In this document: positions 37,098 through 50,920 of the stretch, in pieces
Position numbering within the stretch: the first letter of the stretch is position 1
Layout of the letters: each line of letters starts with the position of its first letter
DNA from: Octopus bimaculoides
Lineage: Eukaryota
NCBI RefSeq assembly: GCF_001194135.2
Contig: NC_068985.1
Coordinates: 16,009,769 to 16,064,710, forward strand
DNA length: 54,942 nucleotides
Direction: 5' to 3'
The notes under the pieces: generated by a model
Seen by the model: only the letters and a program-made list of their open reading frames with translations
Database searches by the model: none
Told to the model about the DNA's origin: nothing
Translations under genes and position numbers: made by a program

Positions 37098-39405
37098 TCT
37101 CGTAGCCGAAGAGTAAGAGCCTGTGACCTCAGATTCATTACTTCCTAACGGTTGACTAACTGTTCCTCACACAGTCAATCTCCAATTTCCTTTGATCCTA
37201 TACTTTTCTGTATTTATTCCAATCTCTGAGATTCTGTAGCTGGAAGGCATTGTTTTCGATTACGCCAAATACTTCGAAGCAATTTCTCCAATGTTATACT
37301 CATCTTTATTCGACTTTCTCGCAGCGACTTAATGGCAAAAGCTGTATTCTATTTGTGACCAATTATAAAATGATACATGGCGTTGAAGTTTGCTTGACAA
37401 CCATGTGATTCCGAATTCGATCACACAACATGGCGCTTCGAGCAAGTGCCACCTACAACAACTTCGTGTTGACCAAGGACTTGTGCGTGGAATTTAATAA
37501 ACGAAAAGTGTGCGAAAGTTATTCTGTATGCACGCACGCGTGTGTGTATGCTTGCATGGATGAGTGTATACTTGTATACATATATACACTACCACAAAAG
37601 AAAAGAATTTCTTTTCTTTTGTGGTTTGACCGTTGATGGTCGATTTCTAGCGTAAAGGATGTCCACTTAGTGGTTATCCCTTCTCACATGTATGTAATAT
37701 AATTTTTCTGAATTTTCAGAATTCTCTTTATGCTAGTCCACTAGTTTTAAATTGGTGTTAATTAAANNNNNNNNNNNNNNNNNNNNNNNNNNNNNNNNNN
37801 NNNNNNNNNNNNNNNNNNNNNNNNNNNNNNNNNNNNNNNNNNNNNNNNNNNNNNNNNNNNNNNNNNNNNNNNNNNNNNNNNNNNNNNNNNNNNNNNNNNN
37901 NNNNNNNNNNNNNNNNNNNNNNNNNNNNNNNNNNNNNNNNNNNNNNNNNNNNNNNNNNNNNNNNNNNNNNNNNNNNNNNNNNNNNNNNNNNNNNNNNNNN
38001 NNNNNNNNNNNNNNNNNNNNNNNNNNNNNNNNNNNNNNNNNNNNNNNNNNNNNNNNNNNNNNNNNNNNNNNNNNNNNNNNNNNNNNNNNNNNNNNNNNNN
38101 NNNNNNNNNNNNNNNNNNNNNNNNNNNNNNNNNNNNNNNNNNNNNNNNNNNNNNNNNNNNNNNNNNNNNNNNNNNNNNNNNNNNNNNNNNNNNNNNNNNN
38201 NNNNNNNNNNNNNNNNNNNNNNNNNNNNNNNNNNNNNNNNNNNNNNNNNNNNNNNNNNNNNNNNNNNNNNNNNNNNNNNNNNNNNNNNNNNNNNNNNNNN
38301 NNNNNNNNNNNNNNNNNNNNNNNNNNNNNNNNNNNNNNNNNNNNNNNNNNNNNNNNNNNNNNNNNNNNNNNNNNNNNNNNNNNNNNNNNNNNNNNNNNNN
38401 NNNNNNNNNNNNNNNNNNNNNNNNNNNNNNNNNNNNNNNNNNNNNNNNNNNNNNNNNNNNNNNNNNNNNNNNNNNNNNNNNNNNNNNNNNNNNNNNNNNN
38501 NNNNNNNNNNNNNNNNNNNNNNNNNNNNNNNNNNNNNNNNNNNNNNNNNNNNNNNNNNNNNNNNNNNNNNNNNNNNNNNNNNNNNNNNNNNNNNNNNATA
38601 TATATATATATATATAAATATATACATACATACATATACATATACATCCATTACTAGTGTCTGGTGTGTTATAATGTACTGTAGAAGTTATATATAGATG
38701 TCTGAGCGTCTTGTTAATACTTTGCATGTACCACGTCCTTGCATTGTTTTTTTTCTCTGTTTTTCTTTATTGATTATATATATGTGTGTGTGTGTGCGTG
38801 CGTGTATGCTTACATACACACGCGCCCATATTTCAGGAATATGCATGTAAGTATGTCTTCATTTTTAAGTAATCGCTAGTCAGCATTACCGTGTTGATAA
38901 ATATGTGAGTGTATGATATATTTTAAAAGTGTGGTTGTATATACACGTGCATGTGTATGTATACAAGACGGACAATAAAAATTGGGAGGGGGAGAAATAG
39001 GTAGAATATATTTTATGGGTTGTCTTTATGGAAGGAATATTTGCTGGAAAGTAGGTTGAAAGATAGAAAATAGATACAGTGATAGGTTATTTTTAAAGCA
39101 TTCTGGTGATGTCATATTGCTTTAATTATCGATTTTTTTGGCTTTGAGACAAGTCCATTGGTAAATAAAGTAGACACTTAGTTGATTGAATCGAGCCAAA
39201 ATACTAGTCAACAAAGAATTTCTGTCAGGGATGATTTTTTTTTTTTTGTGTACTAGTAAGCATTTTCTGGTGTCGATTTCAAAACTGTCTTTCGTTTTTC
39301 AGCTACAGGTATAGCTTAGAAGATTAGACCTTTTACTGGGTTGGCAATTTCAAATGTTTTCAGTTTTTTCAGAATATTTACTCCGTTCATTATCATTTAA
39401 TAATC

Positions 39406-40990
39406 ATGACTTGTGAATATAAAACCCTGTAGATATTGTCTGCTATGTTTTTGTATTTTTTTCAACAAAGATACAACTACGAACTATCACATTGTGTTTC
39501 ATGATAATCTGTGGTTGTAATAATATGTGACAAAGACAAGATGTGCGCATCGCATGGAATTTGCTCTGTGTTTTCAATTGAACTACGTTATTGTTTAAGT
39601 AAAATCAACGCTTTTGATAGCCGTGTTAAATAAAGAAAGACATCATCCTAAAAGCAAAGAGTTCATTATACTGACGGTTAAATTTTGTTGTTGATATAAC
39701 TGGGTTTGCCTTTTAAAAAGAACGCACACGACTGCCAACTCAAAACATAGTATATGAGGTAGACTAATTTAACATAATCAAATATTGTCCATTCATTCTG
39801 ATGACAATGATGATCTAACACTCGATAAATGAGACAGTGCTGGAAGTGCAATTGTTACAGCACTGGATCTTCTACAAATCCTGAATATATACACGAAAAA
39901 ATACACTTCCATGGTTGTTTATCCATGAGTTTTTGAATGACACTGTTTAAAAAGAAATCAAAGGTTCTAGCTTCAAGACTAAAGGAATGTCATACATTTA
40001 CTCTATATGTTCAAATAATAGAAATTTTAATTTGGAAGCATACTTTATAGTATGTAGTTTGCACTAGTAAACTAATGATTTTAATGAACTCTTCACAAAA
40101 TTGTTTCAGATTTATGTCTCATCAGATTTCCTTCTCTTTGTTCATACATTCCAGAGAAGTATGAAGGAAGCTTTACAGCACAATAAAATTAAAAAGGCAT
40201 GCATCCTTGCCCACTTTGTTCACACGAAAGAAAAATATTACAACAGAAGCACTGCTTGTTGCTATTTAATATCATCTTCAGCAATGGAAATTCTGTGACG
40301 ATCACAAAGTTGTTGGCATGATAAAAGGCATGAAATCAGGATCTACAAAATTCCCTTGTTTCTTATATCTATTGGACAATCATGCAACCACGGATAACTC
40401 GAGTAAACTGGTGGCCTTTGAGGTCCTCATGTGTCAAAGGAGTGAATTGTGTTCGGTTTGTTTCCTAGGTTTATCCCCAAATTATATATTTCTATCAAGT
40501 CTCTGTATTAAACTAAATTTAAAGAAAACTTTTGTTAAAGAACTGGGTAAAATCAATTCAAAAGGATTTCAATTCTTTTTTGAAAAGAAAAAAGCAAAAC
40601 ATATTCCTAAATATTCGACAAAGCGAAAATTTTTGTGGTTCTCAGTCAGAGAAATTTTAAAAGATATTGGATATGAAACAAACACAATTTACTAAAAATG
40701 AAAATTTTTATAATTTTTTTAATGGTTATACTGGATAATAATCTCTTACATATATTGATGGGAGCTGAGGACCTCCTTGATGCCTCTAATGAAATAGATT
40801 GTAGGATATTATTAAAATTCATTTTCTACATTCTCATCTACGTTTCTTTTCAGGAAACTTTTAATGTAGTAAGTGATAAACAAGGAAGACTGTTCTAGTA
40901 ATATATTCGTGGAGTGGAAAAGGGTTGCCATCGATTATAACTGACCTTTTTAAGGAGAGCATATCACTACAACTCAAACTAAGCTTATTA
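39406..40990 (+). pseudogene. Decayed DDE transposase, most similar to the Chapaev-3 (CMC) group
   Basis: Ordered frameshifted motifs DIVCYV, DKDKMCASH, SKVLASRLKE, QRSMKEALQHN, QWKFCDDHKVVGM..G...GSTKFPCFL, LCIKLNLKKTFVK, IHFLHSHL.FF, VSDKQG match the recalled pattern FCYVCG / DQDK.WAPH / AELLASRLKE / KRSLKAVLLHN / W.ICGDLKV / PLHIKLGLMK.FVK / HFLHSHLDFF / VSDEQGE. Confidence 0.8.
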
Positions 40991-41933
40991 GATAGTCATA
41001 TTCAAATTTTAAACCCGGCATCATGCATAATTTTCAATTATATGTGTCTAATTGAATCTATGATTTAAAATGAGATTAAATTAATTATGTACGAACTAAT
41101 CATATATCTGCTCTGTATTTTCGGTTCAAATAAATTTTCTATGGAATATTTAATACTCTTTAACTAATGATTATAATGAGAATATAAAAAAAAAACTGAT
41201 ATATTAAAAAAAAATAGACATGCAAGGGAAAAGCTAAATTTTGAATCAATATCCAAGCCTTATTTTATTATTTAAAATAATAGTTTCTCCCGTAAGTACG
41301 ATCGTTTGTATTTGCAAATGAGGAAGTATGTTTTTTTATCCACTTTATCATTTTTCGACCGAAAAACGAAATCATATTGCAAGTTCTTCCTGTTTAAGAA
41401 GGATTAGATGTGGTGCTGATGAAATAAAAATAACTCTTGAAATAGGCATATACACCCATTACCTATTTTTAGCAGCAGTGCCCCAGCATGGTCACAGCTC
41501 ACGAGCTGAAACTAGTAAACGGTAACTGAGCCAAAACAGATTTTATTTAAATTGTTTTATTTTTCATAACCATTAACGAAGTAAGGTCAGTGGGTCATGC
41601 TTATATTTTCCAATAGAAAATAGAATGAAATTATTGTTTCATGCGTTGTTGCTACTGTCATTCAGCCCCAAGTCCGCTTTGATCAAATAAATCTATGTAA
41701 GAGTGCATTATAAAATGGTGTATTTTTTCGTCTAAAAAGCATAATGTGAGGTTTGAATAGAAATATGACTGCTGTTTCTATTGTGCAATTAACGTATTTT
41801 TCCATTTATTGATCAGAGGAATAATAACAATGCTTCCAGCCATTTTGAAGCCTCCAAGAATTTTATTATCTACGAAGTAACATCCTCTCCAATATATTAG
41901 AAAAGCTTCCCTTATCTATTAAATGCATTATAA

Positions 41934-43766
41934 CATTTTACAATACAGCTGTTAATCTAGATAACATTTCCGCGATTCTCAAATGTATTACTATTAATCT
42001 AAATCCTTACATTTACTAGCATTTATTAGGATTTTAATTCGGAGTTTCATTATTTTTAATGGTGGCTTTGTTTTATAATATTTGTAAATATTTAGACGAA
42101 CAGTTACCTTTATTAACTAAATATTTTGCTGAGCGCATGATCATATCAACATTTATATTTTTCTTTCCTTTTTTTCTTTGGATAAATAAACTGTGGTTAC
42201 TCGTTTGGCTTATCTATTACACACTTTTTTCAGCTGTTAGTATATTTTTATTATATTTATTTGAAATCAATGTCAATCAACGTATAATGGATGAANNNNN
42301 NNNNNNNNNNNNNNNNNNNNNNNNNNNNNNNNNNNNNNNNNNNNNNNNNNNNNNNNNNNNNNNNNNNNNNNNNNNNNNNNNNNNNNNNNNNNNNNNNNNN
42401 NNNNNNNNNNNNNNNNNNNNNNNNNNNNNNNNNNNNNNNNNNNNNNNNNNNNNNNNNNNNNNNNNNNNNNNNNNNNNNNNNNNNNNNNNNNNNNNNNNNN
42501 NNNNNNNNNNNNNNNNNNNNNNNNNNNNNNNNNNNNNNNNNNNNNNNNNNNNNNNNNNNNNNNNNNNNNNNNNNNNNNNNNNNNNNNNNNNNNNNNNNNN
42601 NNNNNNNNNNNNNNNNNNNNNNNNNNNNNNNNNNNNNNNNNNNNNNNNNNNNNNNNNNNNNNNNNNNNNNNNNNNNNNNNNNNNNNNNNNNNNNNNNNNN
42701 NNNNNNNNNNNNNNNNNNNNNNNNNNNNNNNNNNNNNNNNNNNNNNNNNNNNNNNNNNNNNNNNNNNNNNNNNNNNNNNNNNNNNNNNNNNNNNNNNNNN
42801 NNNNNNNNNNNNNNNNNNNNNNNNNNNNNNNNNNNNNNNNNNNNNNNNNNNNNNNNNNNNNNNNNNTTTTTTTTTTTTTTTTTTTTCGTTATAATTACCT
42901 TATTTTAGGAACCGAAACAGTAGTGCGGACTTCATTTGCGGTTTCAGCATAGACAATGGTCTGTTTCGTTTGTCAACATTTGCTGCTATAACTCCCCGAC
43001 CAATTTATTAGGTTCAGTTATTTAAGATTAACTTTTCTGCTCGAGTACGCAACGCGATATCTGTTGTATGATTCCACAAGAGATTCTTTCCATAACCACA
43101 CAACCCGGTTAAATTAGCAGCTAATCAGTCATCAAATGATAACATCTCGCCATAAATAAGGTCAAAAATACATCGGATAATGTAGTCATAGATAACATGA
43201 GTTATTCACGGCTAGAATATCTTTGGTGTCGAGCCGACTCGATCAGATCTGACCTGGGGCTAAATAACGACTTATCTCGTGAAATACGAATGCAAATTCT
43301 ATATAACATTCGGAAAGCAAGATATATCGATGGATATCTTAAAAGCACGGAGAAATATTTAACTGTATATTGATTGCTTGCATTGGCATAAGGTTACAAA
43401 TATATAGGATAGCATTTTACAATACAGCTGTTAATCTAGATAACATTTCCGCGATTCTCAAATGTATTACTATTAATCTAAATCCTTACATTTACTAGCA
43501 TTTATTAGGATTTTAATTCGGAGTTTCATTATTTTTAATGGTGGCTTTGTTTTATAATATTTGTAAATATTTAGACGAACAGTTACCTTTATTAACTAAA
43601 TATTTTGCTGAGCGCATGATCATATCAACATTTATATTTTTCTTTCTTTTTTTCTTTGGATAAATAAACTGTGGTTACTCGTTTGGCTTATCTATTACAC
43701 ACTTTTTTCAGCTGTTAGTATATTTTTATTATATTTATTTGAAATCAATGTCAATCAACGTATAAT
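41934..43766. repeat. Near-identical 355-bp direct duplication across a gap (41934-42288 and 43413-43766)
   Basis: Only a 1-nt indel found by eye; copy 1 ends 7 nt before the N-gap at 42296. Confidence 0.95.
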
Positions 43767-44166
43767 TGATTGAATCGACCACAACAGTACAAGCTTCAAT
43801 GCTAGCTATATTGACTCACGAGGCATTAGAAGCTAAGACATACCCAATGGAATTTGATTACAGGAATTGTAATGAAGAAACAATACTGTAAAGTATTTAG
43901 TCTCCGCCGTTCCTACCACTCCATCAGCTTTATATTTTCGATATCAAAGTCAGGGAAAATATCCATCGTCTCCTATTCTACTAATTTTATTTCTCCCCTT
44001 CCTTTTCATTATCGACGACGACGGCAACAGCGACAGTAATGATGATTACATCAACCACTCCTATTCATAACTAGGCTTGTGCTTATGTGAGAAGCTTTTA
44101 TCCTCGCTAAATGTAGTTTAGTCTATTCCAGTAAGTTGCGAACACTTCTTGATAGTTTTGCTCTTT

Positions 44167-44325
44167 ATTGGAGTGGCTGTGTGGTAAGTAACTTGCTTAC
44201 CAACCACATGGTTCCGGGTTCAGTCCCACAGCGTGGCACCTTGGGCATATGTCTTCTACTATAGCCTCGGGCCGACCAAAGCCTTGTGAGTAGATTTGGT
44301 AGACGGAAGCTGAGAGATACCCATC

Positions 44326-44330
<5 letters not shown>
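44167..44330 (+). mobile_element. SINE family A 5' half, runs into gap
   Basis: GGAGTGGCTGTGTGGTAAG ... GGGTTCAGTCCC ... GATTTGGTAGACGGAA. Confidence 0.9.
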
Positions 44331-44358
<28 letters not shown>

Positions 44359-45313
44359 NNNNNNNNNNNNNNNNNNNNNNNNNNNNNNNNNNNNNNNNNN
44401 NNNNNNNNNNNNNNNNNNNNNNNNNNNNNNNNNNNNNNNNNNNNNNNNNNNNNNNNNNNNNNNNNNNNNNNNNNNNNNNNNNNNNNNNNNNNNNNNNNNN
44501 NNNNNNNNNNNNNNNNNNNNNNNNNNNNNNNNNNNNNNNNNNNNNNNNNNNNNNNNNNNNNNNNNNNNNNNNNNNNNNNNNNNNNNNNNNNNNNNNNNNN
44601 NNNNNNNNNNNNNNNNNNNNNNNNNNNNNNNNNNNNNNNNNNNNNNNNNNNNNNNNNNNNNNNNNNNNNNNNNNNNNNNNNNNNNNNNNNNNNNNNNNNN
44701 NNNNNNNNNNNNNNNNNNNNNNNNNNNNNNNNNNNNNNNNNNNNNNNNNNNNNNNNNNNNNNNNNNNNNNNNNNNNNNNNNNNNNNNNNNNNNNNNNNNN
44801 NNNNNNNNNNNNNNNNNNNNNNNNNNNNNNNNNNNNNNNNNNNNNNNNNNNNNNNNNNNNNNNNNNNNNNNNNNNNNNNNNNNNNNNNNNNNNNNNNNNN
44901 NNNNNNNNNNNNNNNNNNNNNNNNNNNNNNNNNNNNNNNNNNNNNNNNNNNNNNNNNNNNNNNNNNNNNNNNNNNNNNNNNNNNNNNNNNNNNNNNNNNN
45001 NNNNNNNNNNNNNNNNNNNNNNNNNNNNNNNNATATATATAGGTACGTACAAATACAAGCATGAAGGAAGTGAATGTGTGAGTGAGTGAGTGTGTACTAC
45101 AGCTTGTTGCTGCTGTCAGAACAAACATATCAAGAACCTGTGCTTCCTGCAATGTTTTCTTTACTTAGCCATTGGTGACCGAAGGTTTACCATTGCCAAT
45201 AACAACAATCAAAACAGCTTGTAACCACAACAACCCTTCAATAACATAAACTTGTTAGGTATTAAGCCGCGGGTGCTTGTGTCCGAAGTACTTATTGGCT
45301 TTGAAACTTATCT

Positions 45314-45338
45314 TCAGACACATACATACATACATACA

Positions 45339-45372
<34 letters not shown>

Positions 45373-45640
45373 CATACGTACCTACATACATACATTCATA
45401 CAAGCATGCATACATACGTAAATACGTACATACATACAAACATACATACATACATACATACATAATTACGTACATTCATGCATACATACATACGTACGTA
45501 CATACATACATAATTACGTACATTCACCCATACATACATACGTACGTACGTACGTACATTCATACAAACATGCATGCATACGTAAATACGTACATACATT
45601 CATACATACATACATATATATATACATACATACAGACATA
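45314..45640. repeat. Complex (CATA)n/(CGTA)n tetranucleotide array
   Basis: Direct reading; gives the HTYI-repeat ORF. Confidence 0.95.
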
Positions 45641-46324
45641 GATACATGCGCATACCCGTGTACTCGCGCGCACGTACACACGTAGATACAATCACACTAA
45701 CCTGTACATCAACTTCCCTCAGCTATGCTTACGCTTGTATCAATATGCACGTCAAGTTTACACTCATAAGCAAACTTCGATGTGATGTTGCTTCGCATTG
45801 ATGTAAAAGTCTGAGTGAATATTAGAACGAGAGAGAAAGAGAGAGATAGAGAGTGGGGGTGGGGTGGAATGGATATATGTGAGGAAAAGATTATGTATTT
45901 AAGAAGGAAAGACAGAGAGAGATAGGCATAAGAGAACAAGGGAATATGACTTTGAGAGGAATATATTTGTGTGTGTATATGCGTGTTTGTATGTGTAATT
46001 TTGTATGTTCGTATGTGTATGTGTTTGTATGTGTGTGTTTGTGTATTTATGTAGTGCTTTATTGCAGCTGAAAAGACTCCACAAACCTTCACTCGGAATT
46101 CCACGTAACTGATCATCAGGTCATTATTGTCTGATGATCAGAAACATGAAATTCTGGGTAACAGGTTGTGAAATCTTTTCAGCTTCAGTAAAGCTCTTTT
46201 CACTCTGCCTAAGTATCCGAGTATTATATTCTATCCCTTGATTAGCAGTTATGTGCTTGCATGTGTGTATGTACACAAACATGTACTTATATATATATAT
46301 ACATATGTATTCTTTTTTTTTTTT

Positions 46325-46506
46325 TTACTTGTTTCAGTTATTTGACTACAGCCATGCTAGAGCGCCACCTTAAAAGGGTTTTAGGCGAAAAAAAATCAAA
46401 CCCAGAACATATTCTTTGTTAGTCTAGTACTTATCGGTCTATTTTGCCGAACCTCTAGCTTACGGGGACATAAACACACCAGCATTGGTTGTCAGGTGAT
46501 GGCAGG
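46325..46506 (-). mobile_element. SINE family A 3' half
   Basis: TTACTTGTTTCAGTTATTTGACTACAGCCATGCT ... TTTGCCGAACC. Confidence 0.8.
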
Positions 46507-47319
46507 NNNNNNNNNNNNNNNNNNNNNNNNNNNNNNNNNNNNNNNNNNNNNNNNNNNNNNNNNNNNNNNNNNNNNNNNNNNNNNNNNNNNNNNNNNNNNN
46601 NNNNNNNNNNNNNNNNNNNNNNNNNNNNNNNNNNNNNNNNNNNNNNNNNNNNNNNNNNNNNNNNNNNNNNNNNNNNNNNNNNNNNNNNNNNNNNNNNNNN
46701 NNNNNNNNNNNNNNNNNNNNNNNNNNNNNNNNNNNNNNNNNNNNNNNNNNNNNNNNNNNNNNNNNNNNNNNNNNNNNNNNNNNNNNNNNNNNNNNNNNNN
46801 NNNNNNNNNNNNNNNNNNNNNNNNNNNNNNNNNNNNNNNNNNNNNNNNNNNNNNNNNNNNNNNNNNNNNNNNNNNNNNNNNNNNNNNNNNNNNNNNNNNN
46901 NNNNNNNNNNNNNNNNNNNNNNNNNNNNNNNNNNNNNNNNNNNNNNNNNNNNNNNNNNNNNNNNNNNNNNNNNNNNNNNNNNNNNNNNNNNNNNNNNNNN
47001 NNNNNNNNNNNNNNNNNNNNNNNNNNNNNNNNNNNNNNNNNNNNNNNNNNNNNNNNNNNNNNNNNNNNNNNNNNNNNNNNNNNNNNNNNNNNNNNNNNNN
47101 NNNNNNNNNNNNNNNNNNNNNNNNNNNNNNNNNNNNNNNNNNNNNNNNNNNNNNNNNNNNNNNNNNNNNNNNNNNNNNNNNNNNNNNNNNNNNNNNNNNN
47201 NNNNNNNNNNNNNNNNNNNNNNNNNNNNNNNNNNNNNNNNNNNNNNNNNNNNNNNNNNNNNNNNNNNNNNNNNNNNNNNNNNNNNNNNNNNNNNNNNNNN
47301 NNNNNNNNNNNNNNNNNNN

Positions 47320-47376
<57 letters not shown>

Positions 47377-47433
47377 CACATATACATATATATATATATA
47401 TACATTTATATATATACATATAGATAGATATAG

Positions 47434-47467
<34 letters not shown>

Positions 47468-48221
47468 ATACGCATATATACACACACACATACACACACA
47501 TTTCTGTATATTTGTATCATAAGCGTGCCTTAATTAACACTCGTCTTTATCATTGAATCATCGCTGAGAATTAAATTTCAATGAAGTTTTTTAAACTCAA
47601 TTTCCTTCTTTCATTTTTCCTTTGTTACTGTTTCTTTATTCTTTTTTTCCTGCTCTCTCTATCTTTTCTTATTCGTTTACTCTAAGTTTTCCTGCTCTTT
47701 AATTCTTTCCGCTCTCTCTTTTTGTCTCTTACTTTTCTGCATATACGTGTGTGTATGTGTATGCATGTGTGTGAAAGTGTGTGTGCGTGAAAGTGTGTGT
47801 GAGTGTGTGTGTACGGAGATGTGTGTGGGGAGATGTGTCTGTATGTATATGTATGTGCCTGTGTGTGTACATTATGTGTCTATATGTGTGTGTGTATATA
47901 TATGCAAACACACACACACACACATATATACGCACACACACATATACATTTGCATGTGCATTTATGAATAAGCCTATTTTATATATGTATGTGTACTTGT
48001 GTTAGTGTGTATGTGTTAGTGTGTATTTGTACGTTTCTATGTTTATATATGTAAATTAATAGTTATATACATATATATAATTATATATATATATATCAAT
48101 ATAAACATGATGCAACCCCGAAAAACTCTCTTACAAGTCAGTATCGTTAGACGGTAGCCAGCATAATAAAATAGGAGCCATATTTGCATACTGCTAACGT
48201 TACTATGAACGAACTTAAATG

Positions 48222-48258
<37 letters not shown>

Positions 48259-48521
48259 NNNNNNNNNNNNNNNNNNNNNNNNNNNNNNNNNNNNNNNNNN
48301 NNNNNNNNNNNNNNNNNNNNNNNNNNNNNNNNNNNNNNNNNNNNNNNNNNNNNNNNNNNNNNNNNNNNNNNNNNNNNNNNNNNNNNNNNNNNNNNNNNNN
48401 NNNNNNNNNNNNNNNNNNNNNNNNNNNNNNNNNNNNNNNNNNNNNNNNNNNNNNNNNNNNNNNNNNNNNNNNNNNNNNNNNNNNNNNNNNNNNNNNNNNN
48501 TATATATATATATATATATAT

Positions 48522-49235
48522 CAGAGACCTAGGAGTAATTGTTGATAACAATCTCAGTTGGAGTGTCCACGTCAACAATAAGGTCGATATAGCTCGTAGG
48601 ATGAGATCCTGGATCTTAAGAACCTTCCGGTTCTGAGAACAAGGTGTCATCATTCCACTTTTCTCCTCCTTCGTAAGGCCACACCTCGAATACTGCTGCC
48701 CCTGTGATCTAACCATACAAAACATCTCGAAAATTGAATCACCCCAGAGGGCATTCACTAAGCGAATTAAGGGCATAACTGGTCGCGATTACTCTACTCT
48801 CACCAGCGCCGCCGCGAGCAATACATCATTTGCACGATGTGGAGAATATACCGCCAGCATTGCTCAAATGACCTCAACATTAGCTTCAAAATTCATGCAA
48901 GACTAAGACCACGGGTCATACGTCCCCTACCAAATTCAGGTTCACAACACATAAATACACTGCAACACAATTTTTCCTCAACAGGCTCTGCCCTATTTAA
49001 CATTGTCTCAAAATAGATCAAAGAGGAAAAGGATCCCATCACCTTTAAACGGAATCTGGACAAATTTCTTCAAGGAATATCAGATAAGCCACCTATACCT
49101 GGATACAACTCACTCAACAAGAACTCCCTACTCAAATGGACCATGATACCACAAAATTTGACTTTAAAAGGATTTCGACAATCCTATCTGGTGGTGCTGT
49201 TAAGTTAGACATGGCCTGGACCAATCTTTGATCGA
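48522..49235 (+). pseudogene. CR1-type LINE ORF2 C-terminal region and 3' end
   Basis: RDLGVIVDNNLSWSVH, WILRTF, FVRPHLEYCCP, QRAFTKRI, LFN, FKRNLDKFL..I.DKP motifs, with stops, frameshifts and an internal deletion. Confidence 0.88.
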
Positions 49236-49292
49236 AACATATCTAAGTTTTATATATAGGTGCACAAAGACATATGCACGTTTATACATACA

Positions 49293-49328
<36 letters not shown>

Positions 49329-49366
49329 CGCGCGTGTGTGCGTGCGTGTGCGTGTTTATGAGTGTG

Positions 49367-49402
<36 letters not shown>

Positions 49403-49666
49403 TGTGCGTGTGTGTGTGTGTGTGTGTGTGTGCCGAATCGAGATCGTAATGGCTTTGGTACCTTCAAATTGTATTGCACCAATTAACACCACCTAGTAGC
49501 AATGACACGACGAAGTAAAATCCACATCGTAGCATGCTTGCTTTACATTCTTTCATCTCTGTGCCTATTTGGTGAAACCAGCGAAAGCTGCAGTCACAAA
49601 AATTCCGGCGAGATTGTTTTACACTCAACCCTTGTGACTAATAACTATAAAAGATTATATGCTTTT

Positions 49667-49715
49667 ACACCGCCTGATGAGAGATATAAATTTCGAAACA
49701 GAAGGTTAGGTAGTG
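49667..49715 (+). ncRNA. Degenerate hammerhead core
   Basis: CTGATGA (49674-49680), stem II GAGAT/ATAA/ATTTC, GAAAC (49695-49699); stems I and III pair poorly. Confidence 0.4.
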
Positions 49716-50920
49716 AAAGTGTTGCTAAAATGTGAGATCTCGCTTATGCTTTATATAGTATATCATAGACTGGCTCTTTCCGTCTTTTGTTTTTCCCAAT
49801 ACACTTGTGAAACAGCTTCAAGCATTTCATAATCTTAGCATTATTTTGTGAGCACATTGTGTAAAAGTATCTTGCTAAGATTAATTTGACGGTATCGTTT
49901 GAATACATGAGTCGCATTACCAAATACACACATACACAAACGCACATACACACACAGGCACGCACACGCCCGCACACGCCCGCACACGCACCCCCACACA
50001 CAATGTAACGTATGTATTTGGAAAATGAAGATACAGTTTTAACAGAGCTATGTGTGAAAAATAATGAAAGTCGTTACTCTACACCACTTATCTCTCCGAA
50101 GGCAGGAATAGCGTCAGCCTAATTTGCTTCTAGTGTTCGTAAACATTACTAGAAAAAATGTTCAGTTAGTGATTGGTGGCTTATAAATATTTATACGGCA
50201 TACAATCTAGGATTCAATTACACTAGTAAGACTAATTAGTACAATTGTTCATGCGCTAACAGGTCGGATTAGTCTACAGCACATTACACAGTATGTTTGG
50301 ATGAGTTGAAAAATAACATAAAATATCATTTAAAATAAGACGCCATTTAAAATATACCATTTAAAAATAAAAGTACTATTTTAACTTCGCTGGGAAGCGT
50401 AGACAAAGTAGTCGCATCATAGTTGTTATTTTTCTCTCTGAAGGGTAATTGGAAGAGGTTGCAGCGTTAGATTTTCATAATGAAAAAAAATGACATTCTC
50501 TCTCCTCGAAGATGTGAGTAATTTTGTTTATTTCTCACAGCTTGTCTAAAATTGTATGAATTAAAAAAAAACAGACTTTACACTTCAAATTACCCAGGCG
50601 CGTTAAGTAACGCACAATGAATTCATTAGTTAATCCACGTCGTCAGCACCTGCACTGTTATGCAAATTAAACTAATATAACTGAGTTCTAGTTTGTATAC
50701 ATTATAAATATCTTTGAGCTCACAGTCTCTGAACTGACAAAGAGATTGTTTGCTTTATGGTGGATATGTGAGAAGTAGTGATAGTGTTCCAATGTTTTTT
50801 TTGCCTGCGGAGACATAAAGCTTATAGTGTAATGATTTTGCTTTTCACAACTAGGCTAAAATACTGTAGTAAAGGTGTACTGAACAATTCAAATTATCGA
50901 AAACCGCTTTTGTTTTACTT

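Noticed and set aside
42059-42295. Hydrophobic membrane-protein-like ORF start
   Set aside because: T-rich composition effect; the second copy at 43538 shifts frame, and the ORF length is inflated by the gap.
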